Positions 1 to 14,174 of a DNA stretch of 64,000 bases are shown here, one piece after another. The position numbers were made by a program, and so were the translations under genes. Each line of letters opens with the position of its first letter. Position 1 is the first letter of the stretch. The notes under the pieces were generated by a model, which saw only the letters and a list, made by a program, of their open reading frames with translations, did no database searches and had not been told where the DNA came from. The DNA comes from Lama glama (Eukaryota): assembly GCA_028534125.1 (NCBI GenBank), contig CM052816.1:86802001-86866000 (forward strand), in the 5' to 3' direction.

Positions 1-459
1 CCTTACATACGATCAGTGTTGTCAAACTTCCATTGATGAAAATTCAAAGGTAAAATTGGAAAAAAAAAAGATCACTAGAAATATATAACTAGAATATAAC
101 TAGAAAACTAAACTAGATAACTAACTAGATCTATAACTAGATAACTAAAATATAACTAGAAAAGTACCATTTTAAACATTCAAGGAAATAGTATTAAATA
201 GATAATTTGACATCTGTAACAATTACATACATTAAACATTGTACAAATATTACATTATTACCATTTAATCAGAATATCCTGGTTTCCCTCAAATTTAAAA
301 CAGTATACAGTTTATAATTAGATTCAATTAATCACCCCTGTAAATTACAAGACACATTTTTATCTCATTAGAAGCTGGATAAACTTTTGTAATTTTCTAT
401 TTTTTTCATTATTATTTTTTCTCTTTACCTAAAAAGCCTAACATTAACCTATTGTTTAT

Positions 460-1013
460 ACTATTCTACAGAAATCAAAGAAGACATAGCTCAACTACTG
501 TGTTCACTGCAGCATTATCCACTATAGCCAAGGTATGAGAACAATCTAATTGTTGATGGGTGAGTTAAAGAAAACATGGTATGTATATATAATGGGATAA
601 TATTCAGCCTTTAAAAAGAAGGAAATCCTGTCATTAATGATGACATGAATTAAATAAGTGAAATAAGCTAGACAGAGAAATACAAATACCATATAAGCCA
701 AACCTATATAAATAGAGAATAGATTCATAGTTGTTAGGGGCTCTGGAGTCAAAGGCTACATATTTTCAGTTATACAATGAGTAAGATCTGAGGTGATAAT
801 AGTTTATGATACTGTATTGTACCACTGAAATTTGACAAAAGAGTAGAAAATCAAGTGTTCTCACACAAGCAAAAAGATAAACACATAAGGAGATTGATGC
901 GTATACTAACTTGGTGGGAGGTGGGAAACCTTTCACAATGTATATGTATATCAAATCATCACATTGTATACTTGCAATTGTATTTGTCAATTATACCTCA
1001 ATAAAGTTGAAAA
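460..1013 (+). mobile_element. LINE-1 3' end (L1MA/L1MB-like)
   Basis: ORF2 C-terminal and 3'UTR motifs (gttcactgcagcattat..atagccaag; aaaaagaaggaaatcctgtcat; atcaaatcatcacattgta..tatacctcaataaag). Confidence 0.85.
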
Positions 1014-1519
1014 CAATTACTTATTTCAAAAAAAATTTAGTGAGCTATGTACATAAATATTTTCACTTGGTATCTATATATTCAATTCAACATACACTTT
1101 AATAAAGTGCAATTGTTAAACATTTAATAGCAGATCTCTTCCTGAAGAATGAGGATCTTCCTATCTAGAAATGAAAAATTCAAGATGCAATACAATGAAG
1201 TAGATAGACTATATTAATTATACTCATAGTTCCAATACTTTTACTTTGAGCAATTCATTAATCTTCTATTTACAGTTTACATATTGGTGAAATTAAATTG
1301 GGTTGAATTTTTGAAACTATATAACACAGAGTCGCTTCAGGGACAACTCCAGGAAACTAAGCATCTTTGTAAATTCCAGTGTCCTGATTCATAGGCAATT
1401 TTTAACCTGAACATACATTTATGAATGTACCCATGTCCTATATCATTTTCTGTAATAAGATCTTATGAAAAGGGTTTTGCATATAGATTTACATTTAAAT
1501 CATACATATATGAAAACTA

Positions 1520-1836
1520 TCAAAGTTGATATAGAGGAATCATATTTCAACATAACAATAGTCATTTATTACAAACCAACAGGTAACATCATGCTCAACA
1601 ATGAAAGCCTGAAGAGAGAGAAAAAAGAAAAAAGAAAAAACTTAACCAAGAAAGTGAAAGACCTATGCTCTGAGAACTGTAAAATATTGATGAAGGAAAC
1701 TGAATATGACATGAAGAAATGAAAAGATAAACCATGTTCATGGATTAGAAGAATCAATATTGTTAAAATGTCCACATTACCCAAAGCATCTACAGATTTA
1801 ATGTAATACCTATCAAAATACCCATGACATTTTTCA
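1520..1836 (+). mobile_element. LINE-1 ORF2 remnant, truncated by assembly gap
   Basis: acttaaccaagaaagtgaaagacctatgctctgagaactg..ccatgttcatggattagaagaatcaatattgttaaaatgtcc; peptide LTKKVKDLCSENCKILMKE is L1 ORF2-like. Confidence 0.85.
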
Positions 1837-2336
1837 NNNNNNNNNNNNNNNNNNNNNNNNNNNNNNNNNNNNNNNNNNNNNNNNNNNNNNNNNNNNNNNN
1901 NNNNNNNNNNNNNNNNNNNNNNNNNNNNNNNNNNNNNNNNNNNNNNNNNNNNNNNNNNNNNNNNNNNNNNNNNNNNNNNNNNNNNNNNNNNNNNNNNNNN
2001 NNNNNNNNNNNNNNNNNNNNNNNNNNNNNNNNNNNNNNNNNNNNNNNNNNNNNNNNNNNNNNNNNNNNNNNNNNNNNNNNNNNNNNNNNNNNNNNNNNNN
2101 NNNNNNNNNNNNNNNNNNNNNNNNNNNNNNNNNNNNNNNNNNNNNNNNNNNNNNNNNNNNNNNNNNNNNNNNNNNNNNNNNNNNNNNNNNNNNNNNNNNN
2201 NNNNNNNNNNNNNNNNNNNNNNNNNNNNNNNNNNNNNNNNNNNNNNNNNNNNNNNNNNNNNNNNNNNNNNNNNNNNNNNNNNNNNNNNNNNNNNNNNNNN
2301 NNNNNNNNNNNNNNNNNNNNNNNNNNNNNNNNNNNN
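1837..2336. other. Assembly gap (500 N)
   Basis: Run of N. Confidence 1.
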
Positions 2337-3756
2337 TTTATTTCAAATCTGTGTTGATGAGTAATGAGAACTATTTAGTCATATCTAATGCTTATTTAAA
2401 AACTACATTAAATTCTGAGTAGATAAATGTATGCGTAGGATGTAGGAAGGGAGACATTTTTATTATCTAACAATAAAATTTAGTTTAGAATGACTGTCTT
2501 CTATAGACATGGCCTTAATTTACCTGACGTTTCATAAGGATCAAATTAGCATCCATCATTTAAATGTCTGTAATTATCTATTATCTGTCTTTGAAATTTA
2601 ACATTTGTTAAACTGCTCCTATGAAAAGGCACTTTGAAAAAAAGGGAAGCAATAAATGCAACCCTGGAATAGCAGGTTTATAAATGCATGGTGACAGGGT
2701 TTATTAATCACTGCAATGAAATTAACAGTGCATAGTTAAGATAAAATCATTCTGTTTATGGGCTAGAAGAGTATCACAGAGACCTTTAAATGTATTAATG
2801 TGATCTACAATAAAATCCAGTTTTAAACTTTATTACAAGGTTCAGTAAATTTCCCCTAAGTCAAAAATATATTTGAAATATGAGGTATATTTTTTCCCTA
2901 ACATATCTAAATAATGCCTTTGATGAACTTTACAATGAACAGCTCAAAATCAACTATGGTTGTCAGGGACAAACATGTGAAACTATAACACTGGGAATGT
3001 ACATGAAAGTATCAGATTGTATTTGGGAATGATTAGAGATGTTGGTTTTTCTCCCCATGATTTAAAAAAACAAACTTAGTGGAAGGCTTAATTCCAGAAA
3101 AAATTCAGATGTATACATTTTATTTAAATAAGGTATCATAATACATTTAATTTTCAGAGGCTGAGATAAAAATATTACTATTTATCTTACATCACTATTC
3201 CATGATCTCTAATTAAGAAAATATTTTTGAAAGTAACTTTGTTTCTTCTAGCATATTTATAAGTGCATTTCAAATTGTTAAAACTTACATTGTTAACATT
3301 AGTAATTTGATGGAATTCCAAAAAGGATCTTAAGTGAACCACCAATTTTTATACAGTTTATGCTAGTTATCTTAAAAATAGAGACCTATGTTCTGTATTT
3401 GATTCATTGCTCACAAGTTGGGAAGAATTTGAATATAAATACATTCTTTTAAATGAATATAAATACATTCTTTTAAATGATTTTTATTTCTTTTCAAAAC
3501 ATTAAAATGAAATCTTTCTAGCAGATGATTTGTTTCTTCCCTTTCCTAAACTTCAACCTTCCCTCCCCCAATACTTTTCTAAATTTCTCAAGGAATGGCA
3601 TAAAGATCTCCTATAAAAATAGAAAATATAGGTAAAGTTAATTTCTGGCGGTATTAACAATGGACAGCTTAATTTCAGAAGCATCATTAGTAATGTACTT
3701 CTAATATACTTCTTGCTACAATTGAAGTCTACATTCATAATTTTTCTAAAAAATAA

Positions 3757-4090
3757 ATTACTTACATATGGAATCTACAAATTAACACAAACAAATGTAT
3801 ATAGCAAAACAGAAATGAACTCACAAATACTAAAAAACAAACAAGTGGTTACCAGTGTAGGGAGGGAAAGGGGCAAGGGCACATTAGAGGTATAAAATTA
3901 AGAGACAGAAACTATGTATAAAATAGATAAGCAATAAGGATATATTGTATAGCACAGGGAATTATAGCCATTATCTTGTAATAATTTTTAATGGAGAATA
4001 AACTGTAAAAATACTGAATCATTATGCTGTATACATGAAACTAATATAATACTGTAAATCAACTATACTTCAATAAAAAAAGAAAGAAAA
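3757..4090 (+). mobile_element. LINE-1 3' end, cetartiodactyl type (L1_Art-like)
   Basis: tatggaatcta..tatagcacaggga..tactgaatcattatgctgtatacatgaaactaatataatactgtaaatcaactatacttcaataaaaaa tail. Confidence 0.85.
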
Positions 4091-4112
4091 TAAGTCATAT
4101 TATTCATAAATT

Positions 4113-6115
4113 TAGTTTTTTTATTTGAAAATAATTTTAGGTTAACAGGAAAGCTGCAAAGATAGTACAAAGACTTCTTACAAGACATTATCCCAGCTTT
4201 CTCTAATGTTAGCTTGTTATATAATCCTAGTGCATTGTGAAAACTAAATATTTAGTATTGCTATAAGACTATTAACTAAACTATCAACTTATTCAGATTT
4301 TATGATTTTCCCACTAATGACCTCTTTATTTTTATTTTTATTTAATTATCCAATCCAAGGCACCAAGCTGCATTTAGTCATCAAGTCCCCTTAGTCTCTG
4401 TATCTCTGAAAGTATCTCAGCCTTTCCGTATTTTTAATGACCATTACAAGTTAGAAGAATATTGGCCAGGTATTTTGTAGAATACCCCTCAGCTCAGTCT
4501 TGTATTGTTTTTTCTTAGTCATAAAAAGACTAAGGTTATGGATTTGGGGAAGAATAACATAGAGATGAAGTGTGTTCTCATCATATAACAGAGTGTACAT
4601 GACAGCGAGATGGTTTATTACTGGTGATGTTATATTGACCATTTGGTTAAGGATGTATCCGCCAAATTTCCACACAGTAAACTTATCCCTTTTTTTTTCT
4701 TTCCATACTCTTCTCAGTAAAACTGAGACACTAAACCTGAGCCACACTCAAGAGGTGAGAAATTAAGCTCTGTCTCCAAGAGGAAGGAGTATCCAAATTT
4801 TAGTGAATATTGGTTAAAACCAACACAATGCTTAATAAATATTTGGGAGCTGTAACTTGAGGTTCTGCAACTATCCTGTTTCTCCTCAAATGTGACTACT
4901 TTAAGCACTCAGTAGTGGATTTTGCCTACAGCAATTATTTCTATCATGTCATAAAGGTTATTTATTTATTATTTGGAGCCTGTCTTCCTTTTATCCTTCT
5001 TTTCCCTTACAGAGATGGTGCAAAGGAGTGTTGTCTGATGTTATAACCTGGGTCTCAAGGATGGCCTTCACTAGTACTCCTGTCCTCATCCTGAAATAAT
5101 GCTGGGTCTAGTACATGTTTCTGCCCCTTCATAGGAGCAGACATTTTTTTCCTCGCTCACTTCCCCAGCTGCCAATAACTTCAGGCTGTATTTTTTATTA
5201 TCTTTCACCTGAAGACCAAGGCTTTTGTTCCCTAGGGGTGATAGGGTGATTTAGTGGTGGCAGCTGTTCCCCACTCCAAGCCAGTATTTTGGGGGAAAGC
5301 TTTGTCAGTATTCACCCTGATCTTTCCTGTGAATTGTTAAAGTAAAGAATTGCATGGGACACTTGTTATAAATAGCAAGGGAGATTTTATTCAGAACTAT
5401 TAAATAGTGGAGAAAGATTGAACTCAATTTGACTGACATGAAAGGCAGTGTTTTAAACACTGGAATGAGCTAGTGGAAAAATACTGGTGTACATTTAGGG
5501 GAAGACTGGTCAATGGGTTTAGATCATCTGTGTTGGCTAAGTATTGCTTATGAAAGTTAAGCTTCTACCCTCCCACAGAGAATGAGAGCGACAGAGGCAC
5601 TATCTTTCTTGATTACATTTCAGAGGTATGTCTCTCGGGTCCTTGAGAAAAGCATTCCTGGATTGTAGAAGATTAAATTTCCAAGGAGCTGAGAAAGAAT
5701 CTAGTCACAAGTTCTCTAAAGTGAAAGACCTAAGAAAACGGAGCTCAGTCTCCTACAGTCAGGAAGAAGCCTGTCCAAAGTCTTGGTCAGGATGCTGGGC
5801 TTCCTGGAGGAAAAGCCTGTACGAGGGTGCAGGAAGATGTCCGTCGTCTCCTGGAGCTTCCCCTTCTCACACTAGCTCATGGCTAGCCTTTAACAATTTA
5901 TTAAATCTTCTAGCTCAACCTCACCAGTTCATATTGCACTTGCCATTTAAGCCTAGAGATGCATCTCTCTAGATCTGGGTTTATTTGTTTAACCCGTGAC
6001 ATTGGTTCCCCGACCGGTTCAAGAAGTCTTAAATCTGCAGTTGTCCAGCTTGTTTTCGCTGTAAGGGCAGGAGAGATGCCCTGACCAGCTCTCTGCATCT
6101 GTGAACTGAAATTGG
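4113..6115 (-). mobile_element. Old LINE-1 3' region (L1MC/L1MD-like), interrupted by an LTR at 5335-5789
   Basis: Begins ttttttatttgaaaataattttaggttaacaggaaagctgcaaagatagtaca, a typical old L1 3' end; L1-like sequence resumes after the LTR. Confidence 0.6.
5335..5789 (-). mobile_element. Solo ERV1-like LTR
   Basis: TG...CA termini, about 455 bp, minus-strand AATAAA near the left end, flanking 4-mers gaat/ggat as a decayed TSD. Confidence 0.65.
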
Positions 6116-9100
6116 AAGTACAATAGCTTATGCTTTTATTACAGTATTTGAACATACTAAGTTGAAACTATTAGTCTCCCTATCAAGCAAGATGACTATG
6201 TAGTAGGAGTGCTCAGCTGTATCTGTTCAATTTATTTCTTTATATACTAGAATATGAATTGTAACAGTCTTTATTAAAAAAAACACAACTAAGAATACAC
6301 ACTCCCCATCATATTAATATAAATGTACATACTGAGGAGAAGAAGGTATAACTGCTTTCTTAAGCATCTTGTGTCCAATTTATGGCTACAGCCTCTTACT
6401 TCCAAATGTAAGATTCTTTCCTCATCAACCAGTCACTTATATTAATAATACCATTTTTTTCAAAATGTGTTTCTGCATCCTACTTATTATTGTGAGGCTT
6501 GCATTCATTCAGTAAAGAAAAGGAATGGAACACTGAGATAGCAATAAACACAGATAACTATGTAGGTATAATAAGAATGTCTTTCTATATGAAAATCATT
6601 TTCAGTCTTTTCATCCTTAAGAAATTTGACTTTTTTGCATCTAGTTAAAAGACAAATTATTTCTAGTTTTCTTTTGTGGTTCCTTTTCAAATTACGGATG
6701 AAATTACTTGGCATGCCAGCCATTTTTATTTTAATCCTAAAGGCATTTTTTTAAAACACTTGCATTTGCTATTTTGTTCACTACAGATACGTTTGCATAT
6801 TTATTTATAAATACTTTGTAAAATAGTCAAACAATTTCTACATACCTTTATTAACTATAAAGAAGACACAAAAAATAAAATTCATGAGGACAGACATGCA
6901 TGAAGGAAATGTGTTTCTTTCAGGTATATATGATTCTAGCTAAAAAAGCATGTACGACTCATTGATGAAGTTGATTTTTGGTTTCCTATAAAGCCTAAGC
7001 TGAGTATTTTACTGAAGCCTCTAATGACCTTCAAATAATAAGCTAATATGTTTAAAATACCTTTAAACAGTTAATATGAAGTTTTAGCTTATAAATGTTT
7101 AGATAGTGTTAAAGAGAAGAAACATCAAGTGCCATTGTCACAAGGAGTGCATGATAGAGAAATGTTTTATATTTTGCTTTAATTTCCGATAAGCTCCAGA
7201 AATCTATGCAAAGTTGTATGAGTCACTTTCCAAACAATACAGAGCTCATTAATCCAGCATTTAGTAACTATGCTAGTAACTGAGAAAAGTTAAAGGACTG
7301 ATAGATAGTCATTGCAATGAGAAACAATCTAATAAGGGGGATGATATTTAATAGTCACAAATAATTCCTAAGAATGAAAGAATGGACAAAATACTATGGA
7401 TTATAAATGATCTGAAGGGTATATACTTTAGAGAGAAATAGAAGTGTGCTAGCTTTATGACCTTGAAATAAGTCCAAAACTGTTAGAGACATTAATTTTT
7501 AATTTGCAGAAAATGAGTAAATGTCTGACATATCGAGTTACTGTGAGACAAATTACACGAGGCTGTGGTCATACATGAAGTGCTTGTCAGATTATTAGCG
7601 GACCTTTCTGTTGTTTAATCTTACAACCACCACATGAAGGAAATATCATTATGCCCATTTTATTAAAAGTATTTAAATTAAATAAAATTGTTTTACATAC
7701 ATTTTCTATGACAGAGTATATTGAATACTGCATAAAAGAAATATGGTTATATTTATCATGGCTCATATTCCATTATAGGAACAAAGTCATTTAAATATTT
7801 ACAATGTTAATTATTTCATTATGATCATGTCAATTATTTAATGAAGAATTAAAAGTGACATGAAAGTATCTACTAGGAAAACTAATCTAGCCTAGTATGT
7901 CCAGAAAGACTTTTTCATTTCCAATTTGATTTGTGATAGATAAACTGGATTTAGAACATAACAAAAAAATGATAATGGCAATAAAGTATGTGAATTTTCA
8001 GAAAAGTGCATGGGCTAAGTTTTTCTGAGAACTGAAATTTGATCATTCTGCTTGGATGTTGGTAAGCAATGGGGAAAAAAGCTCCTGCTGAGTTTGGAGA
8101 GTTAGTTAAGAGGCCAGTTTATGTTAAGTTACTATAGGATATAGACCTCTATTACAAAGGCAACAAGAAGCCATAGAAGAATCACCAATGGGAAAATGAC
8201 ACAATCAGAATTTGACTGTAGAATGTTACTTCTTGCTGAATTATGGCAACAGAAGTGTGTGCTGCATGAGGGGGCAGCAGCAATGGTTCTGAGCACCCGG
8301 ATTGGACAACTGCCTCTAGTGGTCTCTTTCCATTTAGTGATTGCCTCTGACAAGGAAAAAGTCTACTTCGTAGTTTATTTATATCCATTGAATCCACATT
8401 AGTGGGGAAATGACCGGGCATGTTCAGTGCCTGAAGCAACTTAAGTTATGTGGGCTGTGTAAAAGTCATCTCTATAAATTAAATCTTCCCCTACATGATC
8501 TCATGTCCTATTTTCTACAATAAGGCAAATCAAGTTGCTCAGTAGTTCTTCCCTCTCTTCTTCTTGTTGAAACAGTCTTTTCTCCCATACTATTCCTGAA
8601 TAATTTCTTAAGCTTTTACTTATATAATATTTAATGAATTTTATTTTTCCACATGAAGACCATATGAAATATCTTATTTTTGTTAGTATATCTGCCATAC
8701 ACAAAATATTTCTAAGCATGGCTGACAGTAGAGAGATATACAGGGAACATTTTCCATATGAATTATGATCTAAACAACTTTTCCTATTTTAACACAATGC
8801 ATTCCCCTCCTAAATACATCTAGCAATATTTTTCATGAGAGAGACTAACAGTGACTTTGAAAATAAGAAGTAACTTTCTGAGTACACAGATAATAATAGT
8901 CTCTTGTAACTTTCTGAGTACACAGATAATAACAGTCTCTTAACTCCTTTGAAAATTTTCTTATGAGACATCTCTAAAAGTTCAGAAAAATATAATACTT
9001 AAGCAACCATCTGAAAAAATACACATTTTCCTGGTATATTAAGGATGGTGATTTTCCAGGCAGAGAAAAGAGAATGTGTGAAGACAATGACACAAAAGAA

Positions 9101-9889
9101 AATCAAGTTAATAAAAGACACTTATTCTTCTCCTAAGCCTAGGAAGAAGTAATACTACCAGGATTTAATAGTAAACATATGAAGACCAATTAATATCACA
9201 GAATTGCAATTAATTATGCTGAAGGGCAGAAAACTCTGAAATGTTTCTTCTTTGTCTTTCTATATCAACTAAACACAAATATGTATGAATTAACAGGATC
9301 TATTTATACATACTGGCCTTCCTTCATCCTGCACATTAATTACTTTGGGAAACATTCCAGGCATTTAGATATTTAATGTTCTACTAAAAGCAATGAAGAA
9401 CTATAAGTAATTAGTGAATTTTGAAATACTAATTTCATTGAACACAATTTCTAAAACTATTCAAACCTGTTCAGTTTTATGAATGCTCACTATAGTTGTC
9501 TCTGAACTGTATGTCTCTCAAGAATATACCCAAAGTAAGAAGAACAATAAATATAAATGCAAAGCAATCCAACTTTGAACACAGTGAAGTTTTAATCCCC
9601 AGGGTGGAATTCCAAATTCAGTGAAGATGAGTAAGAGTGTGGAGAGATAAAGAGTCTGTAGCTACAAAATTTCAGTCTGATTTGGTACAATAAATTTCTT
9701 CAAATATGAGCTTCAATTAGAGGAAAAGAAACTAACAATTCTTTGTTAGAACAACATAAATAGACTGCAGACAGCAGAGCAAGCTTTGTTGAGTCTTATT
9801 TGTCATTACAGAAGAGCAAAAGAATCACAGCTAAGAGAGAAAGCTTGTAAACACACAACTTCTTCAGGGCTTCATTTGTTTACAGAATT

Positions 9890-11820
9890 GTGATTATTAA
9901 TATGCACAAGCTTATTTCTATCTTATTGCGTTATTTATAGCAAAAATTTCCCCTTTTTTCATTTTTCCCATTTTCTGCCTTGAATTTACCTAGTTTTCTA
10001 CACTTTCGTGTCTAGTTTTGTTCTATAATGGTTATCCTTATAAACTGAGCACATTTTCAGGATATTTTTCTACTAAAGAAGCAGTACTAAGAAATAAGAT
10101 TATTTTAACTTAAATTTCATTCATCCTTACTGGCCATGCTATTGCTGCCTAAAACTAAGTTAGTTCTTGTTTTATTAATGCCTCCAATATATATTTATGT
10201 TATTCAGTTATTTTTAAGGACTATTCATGTATTTACCATTTACTTTCTCAATAATATTTGATGTCACTTTGTTTCTTCAATTTTTCTTTCTTAAATTTAT
10301 TCTTACTATTTTTATAATTGAGTAGCTGTTAGCAGGATTATTTTTCCAGTTTGTCTTACTTTTATTTTCTTAATGGAGATAGTTGAGCTAGATACAAAAG
10401 TGCAATATACACCTGCTTAATCGCAGACTTTGAAAGATATAAATGTATTGGTTTTGGCTTTTTGTCGTTAATGAAGTCTTTTTTCACTCTAACAACTTTG
10501 TCCGTTTTTTTCTTTTGGTTACTTTTTAGATCATAAAATCTCTTTTGCTCTAATAATTTTTATTTTCAAAGTATGATTTTACTTTATGGATTTTTGTTGT
10601 TGTTATTAATGTTCAATCAACTAGTGCATTTTTCTCTATTCCAGAACATTTCAGTCACTATCTATTTAAATATTGTTTATTCTTATTTTTTTACTTTCTT
10701 GTTTTGAATCTTCTAAAAGACATACTGGGCTTTCTTATTTCATCATGCTCCTTGATCTCCTTTTATGAAAAAAATTCTGTTCACATATCTGTGTTGTAGT
10801 CTGAATACTTTTCACAAATAAATTTATGACAATTCCAACCATGCCTAATTTTTAACTTTTTGACTTCCCCTGAATTTGACTGTCAAATTAACTATTTGGT
10901 TATCTATATCTTAATGTTTTGCTATTTCATAGCAAAACATTTGTTTGCTTATTTTAAGTTACTTATATAAAAATACTTATAAATTTTCAAATCTTATCTC
11001 TTATACCTCTAACTATATGTATAACTTTTCCTTTTGTCTGTATGTTGTTTGTGGAACTAATTTTCCAACTGGTTTCGATTGGTTTCTGTTTTTAATTAAT
11101 TTTACTTTAATTACATATTGGTACACAACAGATTTTAGATTAAAGTATATTTAAAACTATTTTTAGAAAGATATTAAAGATATTTTCTTTTTCTCTTTTT
11201 CACTTTCCTTCCTTTTTCCCTTTCTTTTCTTTTTTTCCCTTTCTTCCTCATAGTATGTGCTATTGGGGTTTTACCACCTGGAATTGGTTTATAAAATAAT
11301 TACTCACCATGGGATTTCTTGACTTTTATATTCAATATACATTTGGACTTGATGCCATTATGTGATCTATTTTGGCTGTTAACTTCTAACCAGTTTTTAA
11401 TGTATGTGTGTGTGTTTGTGTGTGTGCTACAACTAACTTTAGGTTTTAAGGGCCTATGTTATTTTATTTACTGATTTATGTATTTATTTATTTGACTACT
11501 GATCTTTAGTTCCTTTGGCACTAAGTGTGAACCTTCCAGAGCCTTGGTTTATTTTAATATGACTACTGAGCTTGCTCAGGTCTAAACACAATTGTCCTGA
11601 CTTTCTATATGTCACAAATCCCAGCTATTGGTCATCAATATGGAATTCAAACCATCACACCACATTGGTTCATGGCCTATTGTCTCTGGATTTAATGTTC
11701 TCTTGGGCAAATCAGTTCTTTGATGCATTTAATAACTTATTTTAGATGAGCTAGTATACTCAGAATTTTCATATGTTTGTAACAAATATCTATTTTGATC
11801 AGGTTCTGCCATTTTCAAAA
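9890..11820 (-). mobile_element. Highly diverged LINE-1 (L1ME-like)
   Basis: Strongly T-rich strand with L1-like motifs (ttctctattccagaacatttcagtcactatctatttaaatattg). Confidence 0.45.
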
Positions 11821-13689
11821 TTGGAAGACACTACTATATTTCCTTGCTAATGATGCACATAATAAAAAAACAAGTCTAAAGTAACGCTAAACTAAATATT
11901 GCTATATTGGGAGTAGACATTTGCCATATATGTTATTCCTTCTTTTATTTTACTGGTCATAGTTATGAAATGAACTGGAAGTTTACTCAGTTTTAAAATA
12001 TTTAATACATTCCACACAGGCAGATTAAAAGTCTTATTAATCTTCAGTTTTAGCTAATCTTATACCTAGAATGTGACTATTATATTTAAATGACAAAAAA
12101 GGAATGAGTGGTGAATTATTTATCAGGATTATAAGAGTTTAGTCAAGGTTTCAAGGATTTATCACATATAAATCACATATACACTAACTCCTGCATGTAT
12201 ATCTTCTTCTAAAATTAAGCAATTGTACAGTATTTTAAGAGGCTCTCCATAGAAAATTTACTTGTATTTAAAAATGTTCAGTTCTGCAAAACTATTATTT
12301 AAATTATAGAAAATTCAGCAGGAAAACAATTTATAGGAACAGTGACAATCTTAACAAGTTTTCACCTATTAAAATGAAATTTTAAGAAAATTGTATATCT
12401 ATCAATCTAGAAAGTATGTGTAAAAATATAATGTAAAAATCTGTAATTCTCAAGGGACTACCTTAACAGCAGGGATTTCAGGGAGAGTACTTTTTTCTTG
12501 AGATTTTCTTGGCATAAAAGATACTAAAGTCATTTTGTTCTTTTCAACAATATTACTCCATTTCTACTCATAGCACAGCACATTAGCTTGTCAGGAAAAA
12601 TCATCACCTAGCAGATCCAAATATGTTTATAACATTTTTATGGGTTCCTTCTAATGGATGCATGTCATCAAGAAAAAACATTTTGATATAATTTTTATGC
12701 CACACAATGATGTTTCATAGTCTGTATGAGATTTTCCATTTGTAAGGGTTAGAGAAATTTGCATATAAAGTGGGATAGTCCAAAAAGTGCCACATCATTA
12801 AGTTAAAGCACAGCACAACATACCCATTAGTTTAAAATTCCGTTGTATTTCTTTAGTTAAGCAATTTCTGCATGCTATCTACTTCCACAGATAAGCGCAG
12901 GAAAACAAGAAGCCATAAAACTGATTATTTGATATACACTGGTTTGTTTTTTAAGGTACTGTTTTGTTTTCCCTAATGTTCCTGGAACTTTTGTTGGCTA
13001 TCCCTAAAAGCTTCTCTGCTCTCATTGCTTCCACACCATGTTAGTAATGGGATTAGCTCCTTGTTGCAACATATGGCAGTCTGGGAAATGTGCATCCTTC
13101 TCCAAAAAGTCATCACCTTCAATGTTCACTAGCGAATTCTGTGATCTTTTACTTTATCCAGAATATAAAGATGTTCAAACAAGAAATGACCTGGGGATGA
13201 CAGTGGATTCAGTCTTACTGATACCTTATGGTAATCAACCTGAATAACAGGGAATACACTTGTTCCTTCCTCATTACTCACAAAATATTTAAATCTTGAA
13301 ATGGCCAGTTAGAATAATTTAGTCAGATATGGTTTTTCACATCAGCTCCTTTAAGAACTCACAGGTAGCCTAAAGGAAATGTCCATGCATTTGTATTAAA
13401 CAATATGAAACCCAAGAGTCTCAGTATGGTCTCTGCCGTATCACATTCCCTGCTCTTAAGATCAATTTGGTCACTTTCCTTCCTCATGATTTCTCTAAAT
13501 GGACAAGTAACTGCAGAAAATGGTATTTTGTGTGGATGTGTCCCTCAGTTTTCATAGTTTACTTAAACTATTACTTACTTAAGTTACTAACATATATATT
13601 TTAAATTGTTCTATTCCTCTGTCTAGTGATTCTTTACAGTGCTCTCCTGACTATTAATGGGTCATATATATACAACTATTTATAATATA

Positions 13690-14160
13690 AATGTAACAAA
13701 AATGTCTCAGTTATATAAAATGAAAACCAAAAATTATTTCTCTGAGAGACTAAAAAGGCCAAAATAAATGGTGAGATGTACCGTATTTTGGGGTTAGAAG
13801 TCTCATGTTAAAATAATGTTAAAATGTGTCTTCTCTCCAAACTGGTTTTTATTCCAATCAAAACCAGCCTCTGTGTCTATGTGTGAATAGGAATATAATT
13901 CAGTTTTTCATGTGAAAATACAAGGTGACCAGAAAAAACAAGGAAATCTTGAAAAGAAGGAAACAACACATTTCAAATCTAACTATAATAGACAAAAGAC
14001 AGGCTGAATAGAATAGGCATTCCAGAAACAGACTGGCATGTACATATTGTCCTGACTTGAGGCAAAGTGGCCACTGCTGTTCACTGGGGAAATAATGGTC
14101 TTTTAAATAAATGGTCCTAGTGAAAGTGCATGGCTATATGGAAATTTCACTTTGAAAAAT
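13690..14160 (+). mobile_element. Old LINE-1 ORF2 remnant hosting the LIN37 retrocopy
   Basis: aaataaatggtgagatgtaccgt..ttagaagtctc; ccagaaacagac; ggtcttttaaataaatggt; resumes at about 14894 (tctcactatacacaaaaataaat). Confidence 0.6.
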
Positions 14161-14174
14161 TTATTTTGATCTTA

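Noticed and set aside
1824..2357. 177-aa ORF
   Set aside because: Almost entirely N gap.
5628..5972. 114-aa ORF
   Set aside because: Spans an LTR/L1 junction; no protein family recognised.
13020..13250. Possible exon (minus peptide NSLVNIEGDDFLEKDAHFPDCH.. or plus 69-aa ORF)
   Set aside because: No recognisable homology, no polypyrimidine tract at the candidate acceptor, stops close by.
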